A stretch of DNA of 64,000 nt, from assembly GCA_903827975.1 (NCBI GenBank), contig CAIKKG010000024.1, positions 523 to 64,522 on the forward strand, read 5' to 3'. The position numbers were made by a program, and so were the translations under genes. The stretch is from an uncultured bacterium. GTDB taxonomy: Bacteria > Patescibacteriota > Minisyncoccia > UBA6257 > GWB1-50-10. Below are positions 9,970 to 19,224 of the stretch, piece by piece (position 1 is the first letter of the stretch; every line of letters begins with the position of its first letter). The notes under the pieces are model-generated. The model ran no database searches and was not told the origin of the DNA. It worked only from the letters and a program-made list of their open reading frames with translations.

Positions 9970-10548
9970 TTATACGAAAACCCTGATTCCACTAAGCCTA
10001 TCCTCGATTGCATCCATCTCAAAGGCAAAAAGTGCGCACTCGTGGCCGAAATCAGATGAGAAGTTTGGGTCCACCCATATCATAAAAATCTTCCTGCGAA
10101 TCCGCACAAAAAACACATTGATAGACTCCTTATGGTCTGGGTCAGTAAGCAAAATCTTATTATTTGCCTCTTTTTCCCTGCTATCATGGTCAAATATTGC
10201 TAGAAACAGCCCGGCAAAGTCATCTGGAGTAAGAATATTCCCAGGCTTCATCCCAAGCTTCGAAAGATGTAGGAGCGCCTCGCGGTCACTCATATCTTTA
10301 GCGTAATCGAGACTATGAAGTGAGCCACTGACTTTCGGAATAACTGAGCTAATATATGGGATAATTGACTCCCTGAACGAGCGCATCGGCATAATTCCAG
10401 CCAGCAAAAAAGCCTCTTTTGACTGTTCAGTGGTAGAAATCTCGTGTTCGATGACATTCTTAAAAAAATAAGTACTACTCCCAGGTTGTGCAGTGGATTT
10501 TCTTACCCCACTTATATCACAAGACTTCTTTCTACTTTTTTTTGTCAT
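9970..10548 (-). CDS. Hypothetical protein (orphan cassette, gene 1)
   Basis: 192 aa ORF, SD GGAGGTG, own promoter TTGACA-17-CAGAAT (10637-10609). Confidence 0.75.
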   Translation of the reverse strand: MTKKSRKKSCDISGVRKSTAQPGSSTYFFKNVIEHEISTTEQSKEAFLLAGIMPMRSFRESIIPYISSVIPKVSGSLHSLDYAKDMSDREALLHLSKLGMKPGNILTPDDFAGLFLAIFDHDSREKEANNKILLTDPDHKESINVFFVRIRRKIFMIWVDPNFSSDFGHECALFAFEMDAIEDRLSGIRVFV

Positions 10549-10639
10549 CTCACACCTCCAATGTGCACATCGACTCTAGACCGACGTGATTATTAATATT
10601 CTAAGCGCATTCTGATACAAACAATAAACCTTGTCAAAG

Positions 10640-10745
10640 TAAAAACCCCCAGGATATGGGGGTTTTAATATTTAATTGAGCGCGTTACGCACTCAGCTTT
10701 GTCTTGCTATGCAAGTTATATGTGACCGAATATGTTTAAGGACTG
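10640..10745 (-). ncRNA. Candidate small RNA
   Basis: Extended -10 TGcTATTAT (10759-10751), two short hairpins, terminator AAAACCCCC-atatcct-GGGGGTTTTT; no ORF. Confidence 0.35.
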
Positions 10746-10822
10746 AACTTATAATAGCATAATCAAACTACATTTATATGCCTACCCTGTGGATAAGAAA
10801 ATGAGCCTCAATTTATTGAGGA

Positions 10823-11860
10823 TTAGAGCGAGATATTGGCGTTTGCGGATATCCGTCTATTCTTTTTTCTTAGATGACTCATGTATCCCGCAACTCCAAT
10901 CATTGCAGCATTGTCAGTGTTGTATTCGAATGATGGAGCGAAAAATTTAATTTTTAATTCTTTTGCTTTATTAGAAAGCACACCGCGTAATGCGGAGTTA
11001 GCCGCTACACCACCTGAGAGAAGAATTGATTTTGCTCCGAACTCTTGGGCGGCTCGTTCTGCTTTTTTTGCCAATGTCTCAACGGCAGCAGTTTGGAAAC
11101 TTGCAGCGACATCATTTATATTCGCGTCTTTGTGATCCCTAAGATAATAGAGAACGGAGGTTTTTAGACCTGAAAAGCTAAAATCGTAGTCTTTTGAGTG
11201 CATGAGTGGGCGAGGAAACTCAATTGCCTTAGAATTTCCCAGTTTTGCGTGCTTTTCTATCTCAGGACCACCTGGATACTGAAAACCCAGCATTCTTGCT
11301 ACCTTATCGAAGGCCTCGCCAACAGCATCATCACGTGTCTCACCTAACTTTTTCCACTTTGAAAGGGAATCTACCCTTAGAAGCATTGTATGGCCGCCAC
11401 TAACAACAACCGCAATTGCCGGAAATATAGACTTAAGTCCGGAAATGGAAAATTGCTGATTCTTATCCTTATTTGCAAGTAAAAAGCTGTATAAATGCCC
11501 CTCCATGTGGTTTACACCTATAAGCTCTGCTTTGGGAAAGCTATTTTTTCTAACCTCCTTAGAGAATCCAACGCCAGTCCATAGTGCTGGCTCAAGACCA
11601 GGACCCACAGTAACGGCTACAATATCGGGTAGTTTTTTCCCTAAAGTCTTTTTTATCTCATCAAAAAGTATTGGAAGGTTTATTAAGTGTTCTCTTTTTG
11701 CAATATTTGGTACAACACCACCAAACGGACGGTGAAGTTCGATTTGCGAAGAGACTAGATTACTCAAAATCTTAAACTTGGGCGCTGAAAGTCCTCCAGT
11801 CGCCTCTACAACCGCGAGTGCTGTCTCATCACACGAAGTTTCTATAGACAAAATCCTCAT
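10823..11860 (-). CDS. tsaD: tRNA N6-adenosine threonylcarbamoyltransferase
   Basis: IETSCDET, GGVVP, NHMEGH, VSGGHT, DDAVGEAFDKVAR, FSFSGLKT, TDNAAMIG. Confidence 0.97.
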   Translation of the reverse strand: MRILSIETSCDETALAVVEATGGLSAPKFKILSNLVSSQIELHRPFGGVVPNIAKREHLINLPILFDEIKKTLGKKLPDIVAVTVGPGLEPALWTGVGFSKEVRKNSFPKAELIGVNHMEGHLYSFLLANKDKNQQFSISGLKSIFPAIAVVVSGGHTMLLRVDSLSKWKKLGETRDDAVGEAFDKVARMLGFQYPGGPEIEKHAKLGNSKAIEFPRPLMHSKDYDFSFSGLKTSVLYYLRDHKDANINDVAASFQTAAVETLAKKAERAAQEFGAKSILLSGGVAANSALRGVLSNKAKELKIKFFAPSFEYNTDNAAMIGVAGYMSHLRKKNRRISANANISL

Positions 11861-11937
11861 TGCGTTGATTATATGGGAATCCTGTAAATTATCAAAGAAA
11901 GTTGAATAAAGGGTTTCAGCGTTATACTATAGACTCA

Positions 11938-13425
11938 ATGATACGAGTGTTTGAAATAATACCTGGAGCGCTCTCCTGGACGATACTTTTGACCCTTCTG
12001 CTTCTTTCTTGGAAGCTCCCTCTTTTTGTTTCTGTTTTTATAGTTCTTTTTGACCTCTACTGGTTTCTTAAGACCCTATACCTTTTCTTCCACCTTCGTT
12101 TTTCATTTTCAAAAATGTGGGCGAACATGAAGATTGATTGGTTTAAAAAACTAAGTTCTGACAATCTTGATTACGAAAAAATATATCACTTTGTCGTGCT
12201 CCCAATGTACAAGGAGCCATATGAGGTTGTTCGTGAAACATTTATAAATCTTTTAGATGTAAATTATCCGAAGGATAAAATGTTTGTTCTTCTTGCAACA
12301 GAAGAGAATGGTGGCACAGAGTCAAAAGAAACTGCTGAGAAAATTAAAAAAGAGTTTGGAAATAAATTTAAGGGCTTCCTTATAACAGAACACGTTCTTG
12401 ATCCTATAACAGAGGCTGCTGGAAAAGGGTCAAACGAGGCATATGGCGTACGTGTAGCAATGAGGGAGATGATAGAACCATCTGGCATTCCTATAGAAAA
12501 TATTATTGTTTCTGTTTTTGATGTTGATACTCACGCTGGCACGGAATACTTCGGAATTCTAACTCACTCATTTCTTACAACTCCGAATCCTCACCGCTCA
12601 AGTTATCAGCCGATTCCTATATTTACAAAGAATATTTATGACGTCCCGGTTGTTGTACGACTTATTTCGTTTAGCTGTACGTTCTGGCAACTCATGCAAC
12701 AGGCGCGTCCTGAGCAATTAGTCTCGTTCTCATCTCATAGTGTTCCCTTAAAAGAACTTGTTGAGATTGGCTACTGGCGAACAACAATTGTTTCTGAAGA
12801 TTCTCAAATTTTTTACCAGTTTTACAACCACTTCAATTCTGACTGGCGCGTAGTTCCTTTGTTCTATCCAACATATATGGATGCTGTTGTTGGCGAGACA
12901 ACCTGGGAAGCTATGAAGAACCTCTATAAACAGCAGCGTCGTTGGGCGTGGGGAATTGAGAACTTTGTTTATGCAATGTCATTTTTTGCAAAAAATAAAT
13001 TAATCAGCGCTCGCACTAAAGCGTATTGGACATTTAAACTTGTTGACGGGTTTACCTCGTGGGCCACAAGTTCGTTTATCATTTTCTTTTTTGGTGTCTT
13101 ACCAAATGTTATTGGCGGTGCGGAATTTCACACATCAATTACGTCTTATAACCTACCCAGAATAACTGGTATTATTGTTAAATTGAGTACTTTCGGTATT
13201 ATCACATCCTCATTTTTAAGTATTATGCTTCTTCCGCCACATCCACGTGAAGGGAAGTTGAAGTGGTACCGCATATTCTTCTACATTGCACAGTGGGCTC
13301 TAATTCCTGTTACATTTATATTTTTCAGCGCTATTCCAGCTCTTGAGGCACAGACACGCATGTTACTTGGTGGAAAATTCAAACTTGGTTTCTGGGTAAC
13401 ACCAAAAACAACGAGAAAGAAATAG
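11938..13425 (+). CDS. Membrane GT2 processive-type glycosyltransferase
   Basis: PMYKE, FDVD (DxD), SED, QQRRWAWG (QxxRW), N- and C-terminal TM helices; -10 TATACT just before ATG 11938. Confidence 0.85.
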   Translation: MIRVFEIIPGALSWTILLTLLLLSWKLPLFVSVFIVLFDLYWFLKTLYLFFHLRFSFSKMWANMKIDWFKKLSSDNLDYEKIYHFVVLPMYKEPYEVVRETFINLLDVNYPKDKMFVLLATEENGGTESKETAEKIKKEFGNKFKGFLITEHVLDPITEAAGKGSNEAYGVRVAMREMIEPSGIPIENIIVSVFDVDTHAGTEYFGILTHSFLTTPNPHRSSYQPIPIFTKNIYDVPVVVRLISFSCTFWQLMQQARPEQLVSFSSHSVPLKELVEIGYWRTTIVSEDSQIFYQFYNHFNSDWRVVPLFYPTYMDAVVGETTWEAMKNLYKQQRRWAWGIENFVYAMSFFAKNKLISARTKAYWTFKLVDGFTSWATSSFIIFFFGVLPNVIGGAEFHTSITSYNLPRITGIIVKLSTFGIITSSFLSIMLLPPHPREGKLKWYRIFFYIAQWALIPVTFIFFSAIPALEAQTRMLLGGKFKLGFWVTPKTTRKK

Positions 13426-13463
13426 ATTCGTTTAGGGTCTTTTTCTGTGTCATACTCATATAA

Positions 13464-13994
13464 ATGAAGGATTTTGTTTCTGAAGCAATTGTACTTGGGA
13501 TTCAACCGTCTAAGGAACACGATAGGATTGTTTCGCTTTTTACAAAAAAACACGGGAGAATTCAGGCTCGTGTTGCTGGTGGTGCGAGACTGCTTTCTAA
13601 GTTTGCACTACACCTAGACCCAATAAATCTTGTATTTATTCGTGTTGCTCACAAAAATAAATTTACAATAACCGACGCGCTCACCTCAGATAGATTTGTA
13701 TCTACGCGCGAAGGACAATCATTTGGAAATGCTCTAAAGGTACTTGGGCTTGTTCGCGTGCTTGCTCCAGAGGGTGAGGCAGACATGAGGCTTTGGCATG
13801 ATCTGCTAGATGCATTTTCAAGCGGGAATGTTAATCCAAATCATTTTTTAAATCTTTTCGGATATGATTCCGAGCTCGGTGCGTGTGATTCGTGTAATGA
13901 GAAGGAGGTCTCATATTTTTCGATAAAAACACACGAGCTTTTATGTGTCACATGCAGTACAAAGCTACCTGAAAATGCGTTATTATTACTCTAA
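13464..13994 (+). CDS. recO: DNA repair protein RecO (short form)
   Basis: EAIVLG...EHDRIVSLFTKKHGRI OB fold; C-terminal CxxC...CxxC. Confidence 0.85.
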   Translation: MKDFVSEAIVLGIQPSKEHDRIVSLFTKKHGRIQARVAGGARLLSKFALHLDPINLVFIRVAHKNKFTITDALTSDRFVSTREGQSFGNALKVLGLVRVLAPEGEADMRLWHDLLDAFSSGNVNPNHFLNLFGYDSELGACDSCNEKEVSYFSIKTHELLCVTCSTKLPENALLLL

Positions 13995-13997
13995 TAT

Positions 13998-15800
13998 ATG
14001 TCACTTAATAAATTTAAAAAGTTTTTCAAAAAAGAATTTGTTGATGAGGATGAGGAATACGAAGATGATAAATCCTATAAACGATTTAAAAAAATAGTTT
14101 TAGGCCTAGTTTCATTTTTTGGTCTTGTGATAGTAGGGGCGGGCATTGTCCTGTACCTAGTTCTTTTTGGTGCTGGTTCACATCGAGTAGATATAACAAT
14201 TTCTACACCAGAGGAAATAACAGCCGGCGTTCCGTTTGATGTTGTTGCAACAATTTCGAATCGCCAGGATGTCGCGGTTAGTGATGCAAAAATTAGCATA
14301 GACATTCCGCAGGACCTGATATATCTTGGCATTTCAAATGGAAATACAGCAACCGATGCTATTGGGGACATAGGCGCGACAAGTTTTATAAAACACACTT
14401 TTAAGGTTGTCTCGGTTGGTGCGGTTAATTCATCACAAAAAATTATTTTAAATGTCTCTTATATCTCTGGTGGAAGTTCGCGTTTTAAGGTTGAGTCAAG
14501 CAAAACAATCTCAACAAAAAATTCTCCGGTTACTTTAGAGACTAAGATTTTGGGCAATGTAATACGCGGCTCTGCCTTTGAATTAGAAATTAAATATAAA
14601 AACCTAACCTCTTTTGACTTCCCTGATGTTGCGCTCCAGATAAATTATCCAGATGCTTTTAGTTATGAATCCTCATCGATTCCGCCTGAGGTTGCTAATA
14701 ATTATTGGAGGCTAGGTAAATTAAAGGGTGGTGAGGCTGGGGCTATAAAAATAAAAGGTACATACACTGGCCCAGGCGAGACAGCACTTGAAATTCCGGC
14801 CACTTTTTATGCGCAGTTTTCCGGAAAAGACTATCTGATTGCTGATTCTAAAACATCAGCAACCCCGTCTCCATCTCCTGTTAATTTAACAATACTTGTT
14901 AATAATCAGGAAAATTATGTTGCTAGGGTTGGAGATAAGATAACCATAACAATTCACTATGAAAACAAAAGTGGAATCGCGCTCTCAAACGTTGTTTTAA
15001 AAGCTAATATAGATGGCTCAATGATAGATGTTGGAACACTTGATACCAATGCTCGCGTTGATACAACAAATAACTGGATGACTTGGGACTCTTCAAATGT
15101 TCCACAGTTTAATCTTTTGGATGCTGGGGCGGTAGGGAATATGACCGCATCAGTAAGAATAAAAAATCTATATCCAATAAGAAATGTTGGAGATAAAAAT
15201 TTTGCCGTCCATGTTTCTGCAAAGTTAGAATCACCGACTGTTCCATATTATGTCTCATCTTCAAAAACAACATCTGCAATAAGTGAGAATATAAAGATTG
15301 CCGGGCTCACAACAATAACGCCTCAATTATTTTTCCGAGATGAGGGAATAGATTCCGTAAATGCTGGTGCATTCCCTCCGCAGGTTGGGATGCCAACAGA
15401 GTATACAGTTCACTGGATTATCAGGAATTTTTCTACCGATGCTAAAAATGTAAAAATCAGCGCGAGCCTTGGGTCTGGTGTTGAATTTGTTGAATCGATA
15501 CTAAGCACTACAAGTGAATCGCCTACATACGACTCATCAAGCGGCGAGATTGTGTGGAATATAGAAAAGATACCGGCGACTCGTGGTGTAATCGGAAATC
15601 CTGTTGAAGCAATATTTAGAGTTCATGCAACACCAAAAACAAAAAATATCGGACAGTTCATGGAGATACTTGGAGAATCTATTTTAAAAGCAACCGATGA
15701 CTTTACTGGGCTCGAACTTGATGCGCGTGGACCTGGACTTACTACAGCCTTAACAGATGATAGGACCGTTGGCGCTGACGGAGGAAGAGTAATTCAATAG
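13998..15800 (+). CDS. Membrane-anchored beta-sandwich (DUF11-like repeats) protein
   Basis: Single TM near N-terminus followed by repeated Ig-like units (YxN...WxL patterns). Confidence 0.7.
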   Translation: MSLNKFKKFFKKEFVDEDEEYEDDKSYKRFKKIVLGLVSFFGLVIVGAGIVLYLVLFGAGSHRVDITISTPEEITAGVPFDVVATISNRQDVAVSDAKISIDIPQDLIYLGISNGNTATDAIGDIGATSFIKHTFKVVSVGAVNSSQKIILNVSYISGGSSRFKVESSKTISTKNSPVTLETKILGNVIRGSAFELEIKYKNLTSFDFPDVALQINYPDAFSYESSSIPPEVANNYWRLGKLKGGEAGAIKIKGTYTGPGETALEIPATFYAQFSGKDYLIADSKTSATPSPSPVNLTILVNNQENYVARVGDKITITIHYENKSGIALSNVVLKANIDGSMIDVGTLDTNARVDTTNNWMTWDSSNVPQFNLLDAGAVGNMTASVRIKNLYPIRNVGDKNFAVHVSAKLESPTVPYYVSSSKTTSAISENIKIAGLTTITPQLFFRDEGIDSVNAGAFPPQVGMPTEYTVHWIIRNFSTDAKNVKISASLGSGVEFVESILSTTSESPTYDSSSGEIVWNIEKIPATRGVIGNPVEAIFRVHATPKTKNIGQFMEILGESILKATDDFTGLELDARGPGLTTALTDDRTVGADGGRVIQ

Positions 15801-15803
15801 CAC

Positions 15804-15859
15804 TCGACTATTTAAATATATTAGCGTATTATTTTTTTGTTTGATAAGCTCTTTAAAAA
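15804..15859 (+). promoter_or_regulatory. Promoter plus boxA-like motif of orphan cassette
   Basis: TCGACT-17-TATTAT, then GCTCTTTAAAAA (E. coli rrn boxA is TGCTCTTTAACA). Confidence 0.55.
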
Positions 15860-15930
15860 CTGGCTGACTTGATGCGAGCCATATTCAAATACGCATCTAT
15901 TATCGCCCTACTATGGGCAAAGGAGAAAGT

Positions 15931-16467
15931 ATGAGGTGTTTTACAGTTGAGAATGGCGAACTAAAAAATGGCATTGCCGTTGATGGTTCGTCCTTTACGG
16001 GCGAGTGCTTGTGTCTCGGTTCATGTTGCGAAAAGGGTCACCTGGCCGTAATGCCATTTTTCTACCCCAACCCGCCAACAATTTCTGAGGACGAGCTTGG
16101 TAAGTATTTTTTCTACGACGCACACCCAGTGATGCCTAAAGGCTCAGAGTTCTTTGCAATTGCAAAACCAAACAACCCGATAGACTCACGCATTTTAGTT
16201 CGATTATCGCACTATGAATGCAGGGTGATGTCTGGTTCCTCAACTGAGGTTGGTTTCGGCTTTGCTGTGGTCGGTGAAAAAGCGTCCGACTATTTTTATG
16301 AGTCGATGAGGATTCTAACCCCTGGAACGGTTCTGTTCCTTAGGGAGCAGTGTGTCTCTTCTGCTGATACGCTTGTCCTTGTTGCTGGCACAAGAGAGGC
16401 CAGCTTCATGAAGCTTCAGGAATTTGTAGAGAAAGTTGTAGAGTATGAGGATTCAACTGATAATTAA
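15931..16467 (+). CDS. Hypothetical protein (orphan cassette)
   Basis: SD AAGGAG before ATG 15931; terminator GCCCCG-gaaa-CGGGGCTTTTT at about 16492-16512. Confidence 0.75.
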   Translation: MRCFTVENGELKNGIAVDGSSFTGECLCLGSCCEKGHLAVMPFFYPNPPTISEDELGKYFFYDAHPVMPKGSEFFAIAKPNNPIDSRILVRLSHYECRVMSGSSTEVGFGFAVVGEKASDYFYESMRILTPGTVLFLREQCVSSADTLVLVAGTREASFMKLQEFVEKVVEYEDSTDN

Positions 16468-16562
16468 TACAACAACCCACACATTATTAACGCCCCGGAA
16501 ACGGGGCTTTTTATTTACTGCTTAGCTTTGCGAACCCAAAATATTGTAGTAGATTTAGGTAT

Positions 16563-17900
16563 ATGGATATTTTCGAAAAAATCACATCTCTAGCCAAAAG
16601 GCGGGGTTTTATTTATCAGGGGTCTGAGATATATGGAGGTCTTGCTGGTACCTGGGATTACGGACCACTTGGTGCAGAGTTGAAGAGAAATATTAAAAAT
16701 GAATACTGGAAAACAATGGTCCAGCTAAGGGACGATGTTGTCGGTATTGATGCGGCAATAATAATGAATCCAAAAGTCTGGGAGGCATCTGGCCACACAG
16801 AATCTTTTGCTGATCCACTATCCGAGTGTAAAAAGTGTCATCATAGATTTCGTGCGGATAATATTATTCCCGAGGAACTTTTCACTTCTGAAAATTTTAA
16901 AATTGCTGATTACAAGTGCCCAGACTGTGGTGGTGAACTAACCGAACCAAAACGTTTCAGTACGCTCGTCGAAACATATCTTGGAGTAATTGAAGGAGAA
17001 AAATTAAAAACATATTTACGTGGGGAAATTACACAGGGCGTTCATGTTAACTTCAAAAATGTTTTAAGTTCTTCGCGCGTAAAAATTCCTTTTGGTGTCG
17101 CACAGATTGGAAAAGCTTTTCGAAATGAAATAACTCCGGGGGATCTAACATTCCGCTCGCGTGAATTTGAGCAGATGGAATTACAGTTTTATGTTAAACC
17201 AGAAGACGAGGAGTCTATGAAGTGGTTTGAATTTTGGAAAGAAGCGCGCCGACAATGGTATCTCTCGCTCGGAATGCGCGCGGAAAACCTTCAGTTCAAA
17301 AAGCATGTTAAACTCGCACATTATGCGAAAGCTGCGTTTGATATTGAATACCACGCAAGAGATGAGTGGTGGGAAATGGAAGGTATTCACCACAGGGGTA
17401 CTTGGGATCTTTCGCGCCATGAACAGTTTTCAAAACAAGACCTTACATATTTTGACGAAGAGACAAAGGAGCGCTACACACCAATGGTCATAGAGACCTC
17501 AGGTGGAGTTGATCGCGCAACACTTTTCTTCCTGATGGACGCATACAGAGAGGAGGAGGTAAAGGAGGGCGACGTCAGAACCGTTTTGAAACTACATCCG
17601 AAACTTGCGCCAATGAAGGCGGCGGTCTTCCCACTTCTCGCAAACAAACCTGAGTTAGTAGCGAAGGCTCGCTCTGTTTATGAAGATTTGAAAAAAGATT
17701 GGATGATTGCGTGGGATGAGCGTGGAAATATTGGAAAGAGGTACCGCTCACAGGATGAGGCTGGAACCCCTTATTGCATTACCGTTGATTTTGAAACATT
17801 GGAAAATGAAACAGTAACGATTCGCGATAGAGACACAATGGAGCAAAAAAGAGTAAAGATATCAGATATTCACGACTTCATTAGATCTAAATTGGTGTAA
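16563..17900 (+). CDS. glyQS: Glycine--tRNA ligase (alpha2 type)
   Basis: KRRGFIYQGSEIYGG, YLRGEITQG, QIGKAFRNEI, FRSREFEQME, IGKRYRSQDEAGTPYC. Confidence 0.96.
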   Translation: MDIFEKITSLAKRRGFIYQGSEIYGGLAGTWDYGPLGAELKRNIKNEYWKTMVQLRDDVVGIDAAIIMNPKVWEASGHTESFADPLSECKKCHHRFRADNIIPEELFTSENFKIADYKCPDCGGELTEPKRFSTLVETYLGVIEGEKLKTYLRGEITQGVHVNFKNVLSSSRVKIPFGVAQIGKAFRNEITPGDLTFRSREFEQMELQFYVKPEDEESMKWFEFWKEARRQWYLSLGMRAENLQFKKHVKLAHYAKAAFDIEYHARDEWWEMEGIHHRGTWDLSRHEQFSKQDLTYFDEETKERYTPMVIETSGGVDRATLFFLMDAYREEEVKEGDVRTVLKLHPKLAPMKAAVFPLLANKPELVAKARSVYEDLKKDWMIAWDERGNIGKRYRSQDEAGTPYCITVDFETLENETVTIRDRDTMEQKRVKISDIHDFIRSKLV

Positions 17901-17927
17901 CTATTCACGTTACACTCAGAATTACAT

Positions 17928-17975
17928 AAAATGTTTCTACATAAACATTTTTTAACAAGCTGGTAGTGCGATGAA
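17928..17975 (+). repeat. Dispersed repeat module, copy 1 (palindrome plus 21-nt box)
   Basis: AAAATGTTT-ctacat-AAACATTTT followed by ACAAGCTGGTAGTGCGATGAA, which is identical to 27241-27261. Confidence 0.8.
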
Positions 17976-17999
17976 TGCTAGACTTTATAAATAAAGATA

Positions 18000-18034
18000 A
18001 AAAATCCGCCCTTTTCTTGAAGTGGCGGATTTTT
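18000..18034. terminator. Bidirectional terminator between glyQS and hsp20
   Basis: AAAAATCCGCC...GGCGGATTTTT. Confidence 0.85.
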
Positions 18035-18044
18035 ATTTGGTTTT

Positions 18045-18509
18045 TTAACCTTCTTTTACTTTTACCTTTTTTGCCTTACTTCTGTTCATCTTTGGCATCC
18101 TTATTGTTAGAACCCCGTTCTTAACAACTGCTGTAGATTTCTCTGGGTCAACCTCAACTGGGAGCATTACCGATCTGGAGAACCTTCCCCAGAAACACTC
18201 CTGATAAAAATAATCTTTTTCTTCAATTTTTTCCGACTTCTCTCGCTCTCCCCTAACTGAAACAGACTCATTTGTTATATGAATATCCAAATCCTCTGGA
18301 CTTACGCCGGCAACAGTAGACTGAACAATGACATCGTCGCCGTCTTGATAGACGTCGATGGTTAACTGCCCCTCAGTCTCATCATCGTTTATCTCATCCT
18401 CATCGGATTCACTTGTTGGCTTAATTTCTTTTTCAATTGTTATTTTCATGGGCTCGCTTTTTACCTTTGCTAACTCCACAAAAATATCTTCGTAGTTTTT
18501 ATCCTCCAT
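18045..18509 (-). CDS. Hsp20/alpha-crystallin small heat-shock protein
   Basis: GQLTIDVYQ, VAGV, QECFWGRFSRSVMLP, KNGVLTIRMPK. Confidence 0.93.
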   Translation of the reverse strand: MEDKNYEDIFVELAKVKSEPMKITIEKEIKPTSESDEDEINDDETEGQLTIDVYQDGDDVIVQSTVAGVSPEDLDIHITNESVSVRGEREKSEKIEEKDYFYQECFWGRFSRSVMLPVEVDPEKSTAVVKNGVLTIRMPKMNRSKAKKVKVKEG

Positions 18510-18516
18510 ATCTGTA

Positions 18517-19224
18517 TTATATCACAATATCTTTTAACTTCTCAAAATCTGAAAAAACAAAGAATGAGACGCCCACAAGAAATAATGTCGGTATAAGTAT
18601 TGAAACATCCTGAAACTGACTTACAAGATAGTTGAAAATACTATGAACTATAACTGCGATTGATATACCGATAATAATAAAGTGGCTTCTATTTTGAGAT
18701 ATTATTCCCTTTGCCCAATAATATCCTATTATTGCCGAGGCTAGTGTGTGCAAAAGAGTCGCACCAACAAGGCGTAATGATATCATCTGTCCAACCTCCA
18801 TGAAATCGACATTACCAACAGACTTCATCAGTGAGGCTACGATAAATATATTTTCAACGGTTGCAAAACCGAGGCCTGCAACAATCATATAAATCATTGC
18901 ATCGACTGGTTCATCAAAATCTGGATTCCCATTAACAAGGGCATACGTACCAAAAAATTTCAGGGTCTCTTCTATTGCCGCATATATGAAAATTGAACCT
19001 AGTAATATGGAGTTTGAATTTGGTGTTACCATCTGCACTAAAATCTGTAATAAAAGTGCTGGCGCGCTTACTATCATACCAATAAGAAAGGTTCTTATAA
19101 TTAACATTACCGGCTCTGGATTCTCATCTTCATGAAGAAAAAATGCCAGCCAGATTATCGCAGGTGAAAGTGCTATTCCTATTATTGTCAGCACCTGAAT
19201 TATTAATGCTTGAGCGGTTACCAT
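18517..19224 (-). CDS. prsW: PrsW-family intramembrane metalloprotease
   Basis: PEP, AAIEETLKF, GLGFATVEN, LLHTL, HSIFN. Confidence 0.9.
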   Translation of the reverse strand: MVTAQALIIQVLTIIGIALSPAIIWLAFFLHEDENPEPVMLIIRTFLIGMIVSAPALLLQILVQMVTPNSNSILLGSIFIYAAIEETLKFFGTYALVNGNPDFDEPVDAMIYMIVAGLGFATVENIFIVASLMKSVGNVDFMEVGQMISLRLVGATLLHTLASAIIGYYWAKGIISQNRSHFIIIGISIAVIVHSIFNYLVSQFQDVSILIPTLFLVGVSFFVFSDFEKLKDIVI

